Shown one piece after another: positions 28,488 through 38,639 of a stretch of 64,000 nt of DNA. The translations under genes and the position numbers were made by a program. Below the pieces are notes generated by a model, which did no database searches, was not told where the DNA came from, and saw nothing but the letters and a program-made list of their open reading frames with translations. The stretch is from the NCBI GenBank assembly GCA_965233865.1, contig OZ247587.1:416001-480000 (forward strand). Direction: 5' to 3'. Within the stretch, counting starts at the first letter, position 1, and every line of letters starts with the position of its first letter. The DNA comes from Candidatus Neptunichlamydia sp. (GTDB taxonomy: Bacteria > Chlamydiota > Chlamydiia > Chlamydiales > Simkaniaceae).

Positions 28488-29357
28488 TAGATAGTGTAAA
28501 CACAAGTTTAAATTTGTGCTAAGCTGGTTTCTTAAACTTTCAAGGAGAGGTTTAGAGATGACCGTACCAGCGCACAGACGTCACGATATGTCAGGTCGAA
28601 TTTGGAAAAAACTTGAGCCTTATCTTCCAAAAAGAAGAGGGGTGTGGGGAGGGGTAGCACAAGATAATCGGCGATTTATCAACGCGGTTTTTTGGATTAT
28701 TCGTACCGGAGCTCCATGGCGTGACTTACCTCCAGACTATGGGAACTGGGGAAATGTGCATCGTCGTTTTATCCGTTGGAGGAATAAAGGTGTCTGGGAA
28801 CTTCTTCTGGAAAAAATAGTGGACGATCCTGATTACGAGTGGTTAATGATCGATGCAACCCATATCAAAGTTCACCCTCACGCAGCAGGTGCACAAGGTG
28901 GTAATCAAGATATGGCTCGGACAAAAGGGGGCTCAATACGAAATTACATTTGGCCGTGACGAAATTACATTTGGCCGTGGATTCGCATGGTATGCCGGTC
29001 AGAGCGATTATTACGTCAGGTACTCAATCAGACTACCTTTAGGCCAAACACCTAATAGAGGGAATTAACGCCGATTACCTACTAGCAGATCGGGGTTATG
29101 ACAGCGATGCAATCGCAACTCAAGCGATCTCTCAAGGAATGAAGGCGGTTATCCCTCCCAGAAAAAATAGGAAAAGCAAGAGAGCTTATGATAAGCATCT
29201 CTATAAATTGAGACATCTTGTAGAAAATGCTTTTTTACATTTGAAGCGATGGAGAGGAATTGCTACACACTATGCTAAGCACGCATCCTCTTTCTTGGCT
29301 GCGGTTCAGATCAGATGTTTGGCTTTATGGGTAGAAATCTCGTGACTACACTATCTA
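28488..29357 (+). mobile_element. IS5-family insertion sequence A, copy 2 (degenerate)
   Basis: Near-identical to 15636-16484; 21-bp internal tandem duplication at 28938-28979 and a premature TAG near 29040. Confidence 0.92.
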
Positions 29358-29452
29358 GGGCGTGGCTAAACAACCTGAGTTTTGAGATAATATTTTTCTT
29401 TTCTCTCTAAGATTGGTTTCAAATATTTCACTTGGACTTGATTTAAAATAAG

Positions 29453-30916
29453 TTAAGAGATTTTTTTAATAATTAGTTCTTTAACAACATTTGGGGATGC
29501 CTTACCTTTAGAGAGTTTCATCACCTGCCCTACTAAGAAGTTAAAGGCTTTATCCTTCCCATTCCTAAAATCTTCTATAGATTGCTGATTAGCACCGAGG
29601 ATCTCATCGACGAAGGGCTCGATGGCGGAGGTATCATGAACCGCCTGGAAATTGGGGTTTTCATTGATAATGATCTCGGGGTCTCTTCCTGGGTTCTTGG
29701 CCATGATATCTGCAACTTCCTTGGCGATACGCCCCGTGATCTTCTTTGAATCGATAAAGGAGACAAGAGCTGCGATATGCTCTGAAAGAACACCGGACTT
29801 GTAAAGGGGAGTGCCTTTATCTTTAAAGCGACCGACAAATTCTACAGTTACCCAGTTGCAAAGAGCGTTTGTATTTTTGCATTTTTTGAGAGCTTCTTCA
29901 TAATAGTCAGAAAGTTGCTTATCGTTGACCAAAATAGAAGCGTTGTATTCTGTTAACTTGAGGTCGTTGATATAACGCTCAAATCTTTGATGGGGGAGCT
30001 CAGGAAGATCGTGTTTTACCTTTTCGATATACTCCTTTGTCAAGATAATGGGAGGTAGGTCGGGCTCAGGGAAGTAGCGGTAGTCTCTCGCTGCTTCTTT
30101 AGAGCGCATAAGGACCGTCTCTTTCTTATCAAGATCAAGACGTACTGTGCTACTTGGAACGACAATATTAGGGTCTTCATAAGGGCGCTCAGTATAGGCA
30201 CGAACCTGTCTATGAACCTCTGATTCAATTCCCATTTCCATATAGCTAAAGGAATTGAGGTTTTTAATTTCGACTTTGTTTCGCAATGCTTTATCTCCCT
30301 TAGGTCGAACAGAAATGTTGGTATCGATTCGCATCGATCCTTCTTCCATATTGCAGTCAGACACATCGAGATATTCCATGATTGCCTTTAGCGTTGTCGC
30401 AAATGCTATTGCATCGGCTGGGGAGGTCATACAGGGGTCAGAAACGATCTCTAAGAGAGGAACGCCCGCTCGGTTATAGTCAACTCCAGCAAAGTCTGAG
30501 AAATGCTTCAACATTCCTGCATCGTCTTCAAGATGAGCGTGGTGAATTGCAAATGTTTTTGATTTCCCCTCAACATCTGCTATGACTTCTCCCCCAATAA
30601 CAATGGGCATATCGAATTGAGTGATTTGGAAGTTTCGGGGAGAGTCGGGGTAGAAGTAGGATTTTCGATCAAACTTACTAAACTCAGCAATCTGAGCATT
30701 AACAGCGCATCCAAAACGCACTGCGAGCTCTATAGCCTCTTGATTCAGAACGGGGAGGGCACCAGGCTGCCCGGTATCAACGACTTCAATATTTGTATTG
30801 GGTTCATCACCGAATCGGTTGGGAGAGCGGGCAAATATTTTTGAACGAGTCTTTAGCTGCGCATGAATCTCAAGACCAATGACGGGCTCCCATTCTTCAT
30901 AAGAGATGTGGCTCAT
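29453..30916 (-). CDS. gatB: Asp/Glu-tRNA amidotransferase subunit B
   Basis: VIGLEIHAQL, FDRKSYFYPD, HLEDDAG, YRYFPEPDLP. Confidence 0.97.
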   Translation of the reverse strand: MSHISYEEWEPVIGLEIHAQLKTRSKIFARSPNRFGDEPNTNIEVVDTGQPGALPVLNQEAIELAVRFGCAVNAQIAEFSKFDRKSYFYPDSPRNFQITQFDMPIVIGGEVIADVEGKSKTFAIHHAHLEDDAGMLKHFSDFAGVDYNRAGVPLLEIVSDPCMTSPADAIAFATTLKAIMEYLDVSDCNMEEGSMRIDTNISVRPKGDKALRNKVEIKNLNSFSYMEMGIESEVHRQVRAYTERPYEDPNIVVPSSTVRLDLDKKETVLMRSKEAARDYRYFPEPDLPPIILTKEYIEKVKHDLPELPHQRFERYINDLKLTEYNASILVNDKQLSDYYEEALKKCKNTNALCNWVTVEFVGRFKDKGTPLYKSGVLSEHIAALVSFIDSKKITGRIAKEVADIMAKNPGRDPEIIINENPNFQAVHDTSAIEPFVDEILGANQQSIEDFRNGKDKAFNFLVGQVMKLSKGKASPNVVKELIIKKIS

Positions 30917-32382
30917 ACTGCAGACTCCTTGTCAAAAAGGGGAGGAATGAATCCCGTTAAGTTAAGCGCTTTTTCAAATTGGTAGGCAAAGTGCATGACT
31001 TTTCCGTCAGACATTTGTGGCCCTAGAAACTGTAGGCCATGGGGGAGGTCATTGCCATTTTTTCCTGAAGGAACACTAATTGCTGGCAATCCCGCTAAAT
31101 TTGCTCCAACTGTATAAAGATCTTGTAAATACATCTCTAGGGGATCACGAATTCCTGCAATTTCAAAAGCTGGCGAAGGGGTGACGGGCATTGTTATGAG
31201 GTCACAGATCTTAAAAGCTTTCTTATATTCTTGAATCATAAGTGTGCGAATTTTCTGAGCCTTTTTGTAATAGGCCTCTTGAAATCCTGAAGAGAGGACA
31301 AAAGTTCCAAGAAGGATTCTTTGCTTCACTTCAGGCCCGAAACCTTCTTCTCGAGACAGGTCATAGATTTCATCTAAGTTCCTTGCATTTTCAGAGCGCT
31401 TTCCAAAGCGAACGCCGTCGAAGCGGGCCAGGTTTGTTGAAGCTTCTGCAGTCGACAAGATATAGTAGATTGGAATCGAATACTTTAATTTAGTAAAATT
31501 GATTTCAACGAGTTTTACGCCGAGCCCTTTTAGGACATCTAACGCCTCTTCAAAGATTTTTCGGGCGCCATCAGATAGCTCATCCAAAAAGCCCCAGGGT
31601 ACACCAACTGTCTTCCCCTGAATCGAGGCTTCTAAGTGGGCAAGATAGTTTTCTGGAGTTTTTTTTACGTTCGTTGCGTCAAAATCACAAGGGCATCCCA
31701 TCACTTCCATCATTAGAGCGATATCTTTTACGGAGTTTGCAAATGGACCAATTTGATCAAGTGAAGAGCCAAAGGCAACGAGACCATAGCGGGAAACCCG
31801 CCCATAAGTGGGTTTGAACCCTACGGTTCCTGTAAATGCAGCAGGCTGGCGAATCGAGCCACCTGTATCGCTCCCGAGTGCTATCGGTACAAGTCTTCCG
31901 CTGACAGCTGCGGCAGATCCTCCTGAAGATCCTCCTGGAGCGCAGGAAAGATTCCACGGGTTTCGCGTCGTTTGATATGCTGAGTGTTCTGTTGATGAGC
32001 CCATTGCAAACTCATCCATGTTGGTTTTACCGATAACGAGACCATCCTGTTCTTCAATCAAGCGGACTGCTGTTGCATCAAATGGAGCGACATAGTTCGA
32101 TAAGAATTTGGAGCCACACGTGGTGATTTCTTTTTTAATCTGGATGTTGTCTTTGATAGCAATAGGGACCCCAGCTAATTTTCCAACAGGAGCACCAGTT
32201 GCGCGCTTCACATCGAGTTCTTTAGCTTTTGCCATAGCGCGGTCCAAGAAAACATTTAAGAATGATTCGAGGTCTGAATCCAGTGTTTGAATGCGTTGAA
32301 AATAATAGGATGTGATTTCAGAGGCAGTAAGCTCACCTTTTATGAAGGCGTCATGAAGTTCTAGAGCAGATTTACGATACAT
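30913..32382 (-). CDS. gatA: Asp/Glu-tRNA amidotransferase subunit A
   Basis: GKTNMDEFAMGSS, PGGSSGGSAAAV, GSDTGGSIRQPA amidase signature. Confidence 0.97.
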   Translation of the reverse strand: MYRKSALELHDAFIKGELTASEITSYYFQRIQTLDSDLESFLNVFLDRAMAKAKELDVKRATGAPVGKLAGVPIAIKDNIQIKKEITTCGSKFLSNYVAPFDATAVRLIEEQDGLVIGKTNMDEFAMGSSTEHSAYQTTRNPWNLSCAPGGSSGGSAAAVSGRLVPIALGSDTGGSIRQPAAFTGTVGFKPTYGRVSRYGLVAFGSSLDQIGPFANSVKDIALMMEVMGCPCDFDATNVKKTPENYLAHLEASIQGKTVGVPWGFLDELSDGARKIFEEALDVLKGLGVKLVEINFTKLKYSIPIYYILSTAEASTNLARFDGVRFGKRSENARNLDEIYDLSREEGFGPEVKQRILLGTFVLSSGFQEAYYKKAQKIRTLMIQEYKKAFKICDLITMPVTPSPAFEIAGIRDPLEMYLQDLYTVGANLAGLPAISVPSGKNGNDLPHGLQFLGPQMSDGKVMHFAYQFEKALNLTGFIPPLFDKESAV

Positions 32383-32388
32383 GGTTAC

Positions 32389-32685
32389 TCAAAATTTAAT
32401 GACAGTTGGAACGCGGATCATCCCACCAACGTGAGAGGGACTATTATCGAGGAATGTTTTTCTATCAAGAGATTGATCTGGCTCATCTTTTCGCGCAACC
32501 GACTCTATTTCGTCACTGACATAGTTGCACACAGGAACACCCTCGGTATCAACCTCTTCCATTTGGTCGATATAACCCAATATAGATTGGAGATTACTAA
32601 GAAGAGTTTCTAACTCTTCTTCGCTGCAGTTAATCCGACACAGCTTGGTCAGATCGATGAGTGTTTCTTTATCTAATTTTGTCAC
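32389..32685 (-). CDS. gatC: Asp/Glu-tRNA amidotransferase subunit C
   Basis: 98 aa, position upstream of gatA, C-terminal IRVPTVI. Confidence 0.9.
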   Translation of the reverse strand: MTKLDKETLIDLTKLCRINCSEEELETLLSNLQSILGYIDQMEEVDTEGVPVCNYVSDEIESVARKDEPDQSLDRKTFLDNSPSHVGGMIRVPTVIKF

Positions 32686-32774
32686 AATGCAAAGTTGTAA
32701 TTGAATTCTTCTATAAAGTCAACAACGGAAGCTCCCTAAAGAACTTCCGTTGTTATGAAAAAAGGTTTCAATCA

Positions 32775-34349
32775 TTAGTAGTGATTTTGGTTTCCCAGTC
32801 CCCAATTGCATTCAGGGAAGGGTGTTCCATTAGGGATGGTGGTGAAATCATGTAGGACAATATTGTTAACAGGGGTTTCTAGTTCTCCTCTTAAACTTTT
32901 GAACAAAGGCTGCATTAAAAAGCCAAAGCTATTCCTTTGGTTTTTATGGCTAAAGCTCAAAAAATCAAGGAAATTGTCAAGATGCCAGTTTCCAAAAAAA
33001 CGTCCCTCATTTGAGTCAAAACCCGTACTAAACACATAGTAGATTCTTGTCCGAAGGAAGTTAGAAACGCTAGGGGTAACCCATGAGACTGGAGTGGCAG
33101 TCACATAATACTCGGCTTTTTCAACATTTTCGGTTGTACTAAACGTCGAGGTGAGCTTTAAGCGTTTATTGCTTTCAGGTTGAGAAGCAATAACTTTTTG
33201 AATTCTCTTTGAAACATAAGGGGGGCGTACTTCAATTGCTCCACCTTCAACAACCTGTCCCTGCATGTATTTTTCTCCTCCAGTTCGAAAAAAGGTGTAC
33301 AGACCGGAAACTTCAGAAGTTCCCTTAATATTGGAGATTTTTCCAGGTCCTTTTACAAATGGAACCCCTCTAAAGTTTTTTCCCAGGCTTAGCACCAAAT
33401 CATAAATAGCGCTTTGATTGTGCTCTGCAGGATCTGGTAATACAGAATGGTTTTGATAGATTGATTCTACAAGGCGTTTATCTGCCATTTTTAAATAGAC
33501 TGCATCAAGCAATGGATGATTAACATCGCTGCGCCATTCTGGGGCTAAATAAGAGGGTCCCTCAGATGGAAAATTTGCTGGGGGAAGTACTCCAATGTCA
33601 TCTGGCTTTTGACTGCGCAGGTCTGTCCTCATGGGGAATCGCCCTAGGTTACAAAATGCCATGTTTTTTTGATCTAGACCTAGATAGACAGCTATTCTCA
33701 CGTCAGAGTAAGGGTTCTTTGGAAGATCCTCAGACGCGTTGTATTTGTATTGATCAAGGGTATTGATGATTAGCTGTAAGCTTTCTTCTTCAAGGTTCTT
33801 TGGGTCAATTGTAATTCCTCGTACCAAGTACTTTATTTTGCCAGAAGGGTCAGACATTTCATTCAAAAATGAAACCCAAGCGAGCTTTTGCTTTAAATTT
33901 CGGAACTCTCCAAGAGGTCTTTCGATTCTTAGCCAAGTAGCAGCGTACCCAAAAATTCGGTCCGTCCAAGATTGATCTCCGATATCAAACGCTTTTGTAT
34001 CAAAAACCGCTTCGATTTCTGCATATAGACTTAGTTGCAACGCCCAGTAGTAGAAATTGTCATCACGAGTGGCATCGTAGTTTTCAGTATTAAAAAAATC
34101 AAATTCAGCAGGATTTAGAATTTTGACAAGAACGCGTCTTGTATTGTAGGTTTTTGCAAATTTAACCTTATCTTCGAATAGCTTCTGTAGTTTATTGGTT
34201 TTCTCTTCTTGAGAAAGCCCGTCAAACTTCATTCCTGAATAGTCTGTCCAAACACTAAAATTGAAACGCTTAAGGGGATTCGCCTCAGCACCTGCGGTCA
34301 GCGCAAGAGCTAGACAAATCATTGAAATTAATGATTTAAATGTTTTCAT
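32775..34349 (-). CDS. Exported hypothetical protein (524 aa)
   Basis: Signal peptide ending AEA; AAGGAG RBS; no family recognised. Confidence 0.75.
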   Translation of the reverse strand: MKTFKSLISMICLALALTAGAEANPLKRFNFSVWTDYSGMKFDGLSQEEKTNKLQKLFEDKVKFAKTYNTRRVLVKILNPAEFDFFNTENYDATRDDNFYYWALQLSLYAEIEAVFDTKAFDIGDQSWTDRIFGYAATWLRIERPLGEFRNLKQKLAWVSFLNEMSDPSGKIKYLVRGITIDPKNLEEESLQLIINTLDQYKYNASEDLPKNPYSDVRIAVYLGLDQKNMAFCNLGRFPMRTDLRSQKPDDIGVLPPANFPSEGPSYLAPEWRSDVNHPLLDAVYLKMADKRLVESIYQNHSVLPDPAEHNQSAIYDLVLSLGKNFRGVPFVKGPGKISNIKGTSEVSGLYTFFRTGGEKYMQGQVVEGGAIEVRPPYVSKRIQKVIASQPESNKRLKLTSTFSTTENVEKAEYYVTATPVSWVTPSVSNFLRTRIYYVFSTGFDSNEGRFFGNWHLDNFLDFLSFSHKNQRNSFGFLMQPLFKSLRGELETPVNNIVLHDFTTIPNGTPFPECNWGLGNQNHY

Positions 34350-34548
34350 AAGCTGTTATCTGCTCCTTCTTGTTTGTTTGAGGCTGTTGAAAAAGTCCAC
34401 TCCTATATCCTTTGCTCTCTTTTCGGAAAAATCATCATAAAATATGTAGAAAACGACATTCTTAATAGTCCTGTTAGGGAATTTCTTCCAAGTGAATGAA
34501 AAACCTTATTTGTCATTCCATTAAACGTCAAAACATTTTTTACAAATC

Positions 34549-34603
34549 ATGAGCCTACCCCTACAACCAACTTCCGGTAAATTGGTTGTAGGGGTAGGTT
34601 CAT
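34549..34603. repeat. Long intergenic palindrome with 22-bp arms
   Basis: ATGAGCCTACCCCTACAACCAA-N11-TTGGTTGTAGGGGTAGGTTCAT, one mismatch. Confidence 0.85.
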
Positions 34604-34673
34604 CTGAGAAATAGCTAGCAAAATTATTTTTTTTTAGATACATTAAAATTGAATAGGATAGGAGGTATCACCT

Positions 34674-34898
34674 ATGAAGATAATTAACCTTATTGCACTG
34701 GTTCTTATTCTGGTAGGAGCCATTAATTGGGGTCTCTGGGGTTTTTTTCAGTTTGACCTAATCGCATGGCTTTTTGGAGGCGATGCCTCTTGGTTTTCTC
34801 GCTTAGCTTACGCTATCATTGGGATTGCAGGAATCTGGGGCTTTAGCTTTCTAGGGAAATGCAAGACTCTATGTTGCAGCTCCTGTAAGAAAGATTAA
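34674..34898 (+). CDS. DUF378-family small membrane protein
   Basis: LILVGAINWGLWGFFQFDLIAWLFG...YAIIGIAG; GGAGG RBS. Confidence 0.88.
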   Translation: MKIINLIALVLILVGAINWGLWGFFQFDLIAWLFGGDASWFSRLAYAIIGIAGIWGFSFLGKCKTLCCSSCKKD

Positions 34899-35009
34899 TC
34901 ACATAAATCGCAAGATATTCATAGCTTGCGATTTTTACTTTAAACCTTGAGTTAATCTATATTAATATCTATACTTTCCGTAAAAACATTAACACAAGGA
35001 TGGCATAAC

Positions 35010-35519
35010 ATGAGAGATTATTTTTTAAATGTCCGGGGTGCTTATAGGCAGCCGATCGAACAATTCTTTAACAGCGTAAAATCTAGTTCAGCCGTTAAAA
35101 AATCCGACAGCGATGTACATGACCTTGGAATGAATACTCTGAAACTCTGTGCGCTTCCATTCCTTACAGCATCCGCATATATTATCGGGAAGGTTGCTTA
35201 TACCAGGCAGTTTTCTTACAAAGGGCTTCTTTTAGCAGGCACAACATTTTCAATAGGTCACGACCTGTCAAAAATAGGTGATGTTTATGACAAAGAATTT
35301 TTCATCTGCCAAAAAAAGGATAAAAAACCAGACGTTCTGATAGATGCTCTTACTTGGATTATTCCAAAGTTTATAAGTACTGAGAGTGCTAATGAAGATA
35401 CTGCTGAGAGTGCTAATGAAAATCAGGGGAATAGTATTAAGTCCAAGGTAACTGAAGCTCTTGATGGGACTATTGCTGAAAACATCGAACTTGTTGTAAC
35501 TGATTTTATTTTGGGATAA
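35010..35519 (+). CDS. Hypothetical protein with a hydrophobic segment and a short TESANE/AESANE duplication
   Basis: 169-aa ORF with AAGGA RBS. Confidence 0.6.
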   Translation: MRDYFLNVRGAYRQPIEQFFNSVKSSSAVKKSDSDVHDLGMNTLKLCALPFLTASAYIIGKVAYTRQFSYKGLLLAGTTFSIGHDLSKIGDVYDKEFFICQKKDKKPDVLIDALTWIIPKFISTESANEDTAESANENQGNSIKSKVTEALDGTIAENIELVVTDFILG

Positions 35520-35792
35520 AGAATCATTTTGCATTAAATTCTAGGATCTTGTAGCAATTTCCAGTGTAATAACAAGGTCCTATGCTTGAAAAGACAAAGA
35601 TTGCCATTCGGTTTAAAATTCTAAACCTTTTCTGGGTTAAGCTAGTTCTGCAGTATGATGCGCATAAAGACAATGAATCATTTTCCTGAGTGCGTCGTGC
35701 GCATTCGAGTTGGGCCTAAGCGTCTTTGTGAGAGTGGTTATAATTTTCATTACCCAAACTTCTGCCAACCTCTAGAGCATGTAACATAACTC

Positions 35793-35821
35793 TTGCATCA
35801 ATTTTTTTTGTGTTGTACACT
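35793..35821 (+). promoter_or_regulatory. Putative promoter for the brnQ leader
   Basis: TTGCAT-N17-TACACT. Confidence 0.55.
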
Positions 35822-35831
35822 CTGCGGTACT

Positions 35832-35891
35832 ATGGAAACAATAAAAAACATACACCTTATTTCCTCTCGAGTAATTATTGTGCGCCCCTAG
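35832..35891 (+). CDS. Putative Ile/Val/Leu-rich attenuator leader peptide (METIKNIHLISSRVIIVRP)
   Basis: 8 of 19 residues are branched-chain; stop codon inside the TGCGCC-CCTA-GGCGCA hairpin; about 60 bp upstream of brnQ. Confidence 0.6.
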   Translation: METIKNIHLISSRVIIVRP

Positions 35892-35954
35892 GCGCATATA
35901 AATCCCCCCCCATCCAGAATATAGTACTATTAATTCGAAAATTAAGGAAAAAAA

Positions 35955-37100
35955 GTGAATAAATTAAAAAGCACATCATTATCAACAGGCCTTGCAATGT
36001 TCTCCATGTTTTTCGGAGCAGGAAATATTACATTCCCTCTGATTATTGGGCAGACTGTTGAAGGGGGATTGATATGGGCGCTACTCGGTCTTGTTTTGAC
36101 AGCTATATTGATTCCATTTAGTGGTTTATTATCTATCAGTCTCTATGAAGGAGACTATGAAAGTTTCTTCAGCCGGATTGGCAAAGGACCCGGCCTTTTT
36201 GTCATCATACTTTTGCTTGCTATGATTGGTCCTTTCGGGGGAATTCCCCGTTGTATTACGCTGACCTATTCAACTCTTAAAGTCTATTTCAGTGGGATGC
36301 ACCTCCTAACCTTTAGCTTACTTAGCTGCTTGATTGTCTTCCTCTTCTCCTGGAAAAAGAACAGAATCTTAGACCTTATCGGTTACGTTTTATCTCCTAT
36401 ACTAGTCCTCTTTCTGCTCGTGATCATCATCAAAGGAATATTCTTTTCAAATTCAGATCCTGTGGGATCGTCTCATGTAGCGCATCCTTTCTTTTATGGG
36501 CTAAGAGAAGGATATAATACTATGGATCTTCTAGCGGCCTTCTTTTTCTCCTCTCTTATTTATAACAAACTTAAGGAGCAGCAAGGGGAGCGAAAAAACG
36601 TTTTAATCCCCGTATTTAAGGCGAGCCTGATTGGTGCAGGTCTTTTGAGTATGATCTATATTGGGTTTAGCTACGTTGCGGCCTACCATAGTATAGCCCT
36701 TGATGGCACTGGGGCTGACCAACTTCTTGGCCGTATTGGTCAAATCGTTTTAGGGCAACATGCAGGCCTTGTTGTGTGCATGTCGATTGCACTAACTTGT
36801 TTAACTACAGCAATTGCATTAACGGTTGTTTGTGCTGAGTTTTTGCAAAGGCGCATCACAAAGGGACGCTTGTCATATGAGTGGTCACTTGTGGCAATTT
36901 TGGTTGTAACCGTTCTTGTTTCAACACTCAAATTCACGGGGATTGTTAAACTCTTGGCTCCTGTTTTGGAAGTTGTTTATCCCTCAATGCTGGTTCTTTG
37001 TGTGATGAATGTTTTTCATAAGCTCTTGAACTATCAACCAGTTAAAGTTCCAGTTTTTGTTACACTTTTCTTAGTGCTCTATTTCCAGTACTTTGTATAA
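35955..37100 (+). CDS. brnQ: Branched-chain amino acid transport carrier (LIVCS family)
   Basis: FSMFFGAGN, IGPFGGIPR, EGYNTMDLLAAFFF, CLTTAIAL. Confidence 0.93.
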   Translation: MNKLKSTSLSTGLAMFSMFFGAGNITFPLIIGQTVEGGLIWALLGLVLTAILIPFSGLLSISLYEGDYESFFSRIGKGPGLFVIILLLAMIGPFGGIPRCITLTYSTLKVYFSGMHLLTFSLLSCLIVFLFSWKKNRILDLIGYVLSPILVLFLLVIIIKGIFFSNSDPVGSSHVAHPFFYGLREGYNTMDLLAAFFFSSLIYNKLKEQQGERKNVLIPVFKASLIGAGLLSMIYIGFSYVAAYHSIALDGTGADQLLGRIGQIVLGQHAGLVVCMSIALTCLTTAIALTVVCAEFLQRRITKGRLSYEWSLVAILVVTVLVSTLKFTGIVKLLAPVLEVVYPSMLVLCVMNVFHKLLNYQPVKVPVFVTLFLVLYFQYFV

Positions 37101-37386
37101 ATAGTCATCATTTTTCAACTCTCGATGTTCTCTTCGGAAACTGCAATTACAGAACAAATGTTACACTACCCTTTGTCAAAATCTAAGTGGCCTAGAAGGA
37201 GGACGTAAGAGAGTATTCAAACTCTCTTAGATTTGCCTTCCGTGGAGCTACTAGTGCCCTTTATTGCTATATGTGGAAAATATTTCCTCTTGTGTAATTA
37301 ATTTTTTCAATCTAGATTTAAAGATGAGGGCGGCAAATTGAGCAGGGAACTTGATTTTTTGCCTTTCATCAATAGGAGGAGGGGAA

Positions 37387-38019
37387 ATGAAAGAGAAATT
37401 AGGACTTAATCCTTGGCTCAGTATCTGGGTTAAGCCTAGAGAGACAATACGAGCGCTAGTCGATTATAATGTAAATTTTCGCTTTATTGTGATGTGTGCA
37501 ATTTATGGCATTTTGTATATGTTGCAAACAAGTCAGTTTTTGGCACTTGGGCGATCTTCGTCCTTGCTGGTTATTATTATCCTATCAGTAGTTTTAGCTA
37601 TTCCAGCAGGCTATATTGTTTTCAATATATCGAGCTTTTTTGCATTTCTGCTCGGAAAACTTATTAAGGGAAAGGGCTCATTTAAACAAGTCCGAACGGT
37701 AACTTATTGGTCCACAGTTCCTATGGTTGTGACGCTTTTGTTTTGGGTTTTTTGTATCATTATCAATGGCAACAGCTTGTTTGTTCCAGGCTACGAAAAA
37801 AGCCTCGTTGGATCAGCTGCGCTCATTAATCTTGTCATAGGCATTGCCCAGTTTGTTTTAGCGATCTGGGGATTGATTATTTATTTACATGCATTAGGGG
37901 AAGTGCAAGGGTTTTCAGTGTGGATGGCGCTGCTAAATGCTTTTTTAGCAGGGCTTTCGCTTTTTATCCTTATTTTCCTCGTTAGTTGGGGTGTTGCTAC
38001 TCTAACACACGTAACTTAA
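37387..38019 (+). CDS. Yip1-family membrane protein
   Basis: LNPWLSIWVKPRETIR start, five TM segments; GGAGG RBS before ATG 37387. Confidence 0.8.
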   Translation: MKEKLGLNPWLSIWVKPRETIRALVDYNVNFRFIVMCAIYGILYMLQTSQFLALGRSSSLLVIIILSVVLAIPAGYIVFNISSFFAFLLGKLIKGKGSFKQVRTVTYWSTVPMVVTLLFWVFCIIINGNSLFVPGYEKSLVGSAALINLVIGIAQFVLAIWGLIIYLHALGEVQGFSVWMALLNAFLAGLSLFILIFLVSWGVATLTHVT

Positions 38020-38045
38020 ACAAAAAGAAGTAGAGGGGGGAAAAG

Positions 38046-38639
38046 ATGCTGAGTTTGTTTAAAAAGAAGGCGTTTGCAGCGCTGGGAGCAATTTTACTAA
38101 CGGCAGGGGGCGGTCCTGCGCTTATTGGGGGAGCACCCGTGAAAATGGCTGTTCAGTCAAAGGCAACGATCCAAACCGCGGAGGGGTGGAAGAGATTTCA
38201 TTCTGTACATGGAAAATGTATGGTTTCCCTTCCTGAATCTCCTGAGCATGTAAAACAGATCATGCCTTTTCCTGAGGAAGGGTATAACCTCCGCTATGAT
38301 GTGTATGTTTCTGCACATGAAAAGAAAGCGATCTACATGATGCTTATTGCGCAGTATCCTCCGTTTATTAATGAGTCTCATGCCGAAATGAGTCTTGAAA
38401 GTTTTCTCAACGGGATGGTAACGCAAAACCATGACAATGAGCTGATATTTGCTGATTTAGTTGTTATTGATGGACATAAAGCGCTTGATTTCTTCATCCA
38501 GGCAAAAGGGACTTACTTTAAAGGGCGTGCTATTATGGCTGAAAATCATCTCTATCTTCTAGCAATGGAGTGCGAAGTAACGAACTACTTTGAAGCGAAT
38601 TTTGATCACTTTATTAACTCGTTTGAACTGGTTAAATAA
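38046..38639 (+). CDS. Exported hypothetical protein; distant paralog of the ORF at 63467
   Basis: Signal-like N-terminus; shared pattern W..F.S......V..P..P and F.HFI.SF. Confidence 0.7.
   Translation: MLSLFKKKAFAALGAILLTAGGGPALIGGAPVKMAVQSKATIQTAEGWKRFHSVHGKCMVSLPESPEHVKQIMPFPEEGYNLRYDVYVSAHEKKAIYMMLIAQYPPFINESHAEMSLESFLNGMVTQNHDNELIFADLVVIDGHKALDFFIQAKGTYFKGRAIMAENHLYLLAMECEVTNYFEANFDHFINSFELVK

Larger units (their letters stand above)
15636..29357. mobile_element. IS-bounded genomic island (composite-transposon-like) of phage/plasmid origin
   Basis: Same-orientation IS A copies at both ends, outer sites CTAG...CTAG; AT-richer cargo with terminase, DnaB-like and parA remnants; sits between core genes tolC and gatB. 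Confidence 0.8.

Noticed and set aside
29358..29400. GGGCGTGGCTAAACAA next to IS A as another IS end
   Set aside because: No matching partner end or transposase sequence found in the window
34380..34475. AGGCTGTTGAAAAAGTC...GACATTCTTAATAGTCCT as a MITE
   Set aside because: Ends are too degenerate to support without a genome-wide search
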